Source: Klebsormidium nitens
Lineage: Eukaryota; Plantae; Klebsormidiophyceae
DNA length: 64,000 bases
Assembly (NCBI GenBank): GCA_000708835.1
Contig: DF236995.1
Coordinates: forward strand, 218,551 to 282,550
Reading direction: 5' to 3'
Shown here: positions 62,573-64,000 of the stretch, in pieces
How positions within the stretch are numbered: position 1 is the stretch's first letter
How the letters are laid out: every line of letters begins with the position of its first letter
Made by a program: the position numbers and the translations under genes
The notes under the pieces: generated by a model
Databases searched by the model: none
Seen by the model: only the letters and a program-made list of their open reading frames with translations
What the model was told of the DNA's origin: nothing

Positions 62573-64000
62573 GTGGCAATGAACTCTAAGGTAGTTGATA
62601 GTGCATGTAGTGTGCAGCCCACTAAGGTAAAGCTGGAGCCAGCTACTTTTGATCACATAGCATCAGGTGAGATTAGGGTTCATTATCGAAGTTGTCAAGA
62701 ACGTGTTGCTGTCAAGTGTCTCACTTGTCAACAACAGCTTTGGGTCAAGGATAAGGAAGGTTGCCTACGGTTGAGTTTTCGGAAGGGACAGGAGAGCAAC
62801 GGCCTCTACAGAGGCTATTTGATTAGTGCAGAGGTGCCAAAGTCGAAGCAAACAAAGCAAGTTGTTTGCCTAAGCTGCATCAATAGGCTGCTGGGCACTA
62901 TTGCGGAGAGTGAAGACGGGCTCAGCCTCACTATCAGGAGCAGACGGGATGGTGGTGGTGATGGACTCATCATGCAGCGTCATGGAGCGGGGACCTTCTG
63001 GACCCAAAGTCTGGAGCTCTCAAATGAGCTAATCACCTTTTTGACGGGCCAAAATGAAAAAACGGTGGTGCGCAAGAAGCCGCGCTTGAATGCAGCGGAG
63101 CAAGCTATCAACAAGGGAGCTGCAAAGGGCGAGCGGGCGAGAATTGGTGGTGTGCCGGGGACCGCGGTGAGCTGCCACTTTGTGCCATCATTATTTTCTT
63201 GATATGATATCAGAACATTTTAGCTATGGCAGAGAGTGGCACGCAGCGATTGCGTTGTAAGGCACGTGAGAATTGTTTGAGATGCAAGCGCGAATTGAAT
63301 CGTGAAAAGAAGCGGGCTTTTAGAGACTTTTATATGGTGCTCAAGCTAGTCGAAAACAATGCAGATTGTGAATTGATGGGCTACAAATTAAAGACCCTCT
63401 TTAGAAACCATGACTTTGATAGCCTTGGCAGCATCGTCTTTCACATCCCTGGTGGCAAAGAGAAGCGGCTTATCGACCTCGTCGGCCCTTGCAGGAAGCG
63501 AACGACGGAGAGGAGCCCACTCCCACAAACAGCATAAAGGCCCAGGCCTCACGCTACCTTGGTCTGATTCGAGAGGGAGCTTGCCGTGTGATGCTGCCAG
63601 CCGAGAGTGGTTCCCTACCGTTGAGGGCGTACTTGACGGCATGGGACCACAACGGTTTCGGCCGGGCAAAGCCGTTGGGAAAGCCGGACAAGACCCGCGC
63701 GCTACTCGAGCAGGTTTGGTGGAACACCTTGGGCAAGCTCAGCTGCACTTGCCATCGGGGGCGGCTGACCGAGGACGCACCTTGTGTTCACAAACTCACC
63801 ATGGCTGCGCTGAGTGATACCTGGTTGAGGGAGGCAAATTTGCCTACGGCGCATGAGCTCAAGCAAGGCGTGAGGGTCGAGAGGGTTGGCTTGGACGAGG
63901 CGGGAGGCTACTTTGCGGTACTGGACAATCCTCATGGCGCGTTGAGTCCTCAAAGACGGATGCTGTTTCGGTCGAAAGTAGGTGCTTGGTTTTGCGAGGG
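62573..64000 (+). CDS. Cys-rich SWIM zinc finger protein, possibly transposon-derived; truncated by window end
   Basis: ORF 62573..63202 has CLTC and CLSC pairs. After acceptor CTTGCAG at 63494 an unlisted frame stays open to 64000: EANDGEE..WWNTLGKLSCTCHRGRLTEDAPCVHKL..AWFCE. CxC-x10-CxH at 63744-63791 is a SWIM motif. Confidence 0.65.

Overview
Intron-rich eukaryotic DNA with GT-AG introns, many with CTAAC branch points. It is most likely from a streptophyte alga such as Klebsormidium; this is inferred from plant-type LIG4, RUS5, CRTISO and GT14 plus intron style. Genes in order: 3' half of DNA ligase IV (+), GT14-family glycosyltransferase (+), 11-exon carotenoid isomerase CRTISO (-), two convergent PLAC8 genes, RUS5-like (+), ELMO-domain (-), coiled-coil/BAR-like (+), two tandem MYND-finger genes (-), a repeat-rich hydrophilin/LEA-like gene (-), and a SWIM-finger gene running off the end (+). 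No rRNA, tRNA or CRISPR was recognised. Bases 1-4600 are unresolved. Main signals: (1) introns of at least three unrelated genes contain tandem, progressively decayed copies of their own exon/intron junctions ('junction echoes'), generally with the best copy next to the functional exon; (2) the same duplication process appears to have built a repeat protein from symmetric phase-0 exons and a chimeric MYND::hydrophilin gene; (3) intergenic spacers are rich in short perfect palindromes and hairpins; (4) eleven TGACGTCA octamers cluster in LIG4; (5) a ~580 bp element with terminal inverted repeats sits in a divergent promoter. All alignments were done by eye.
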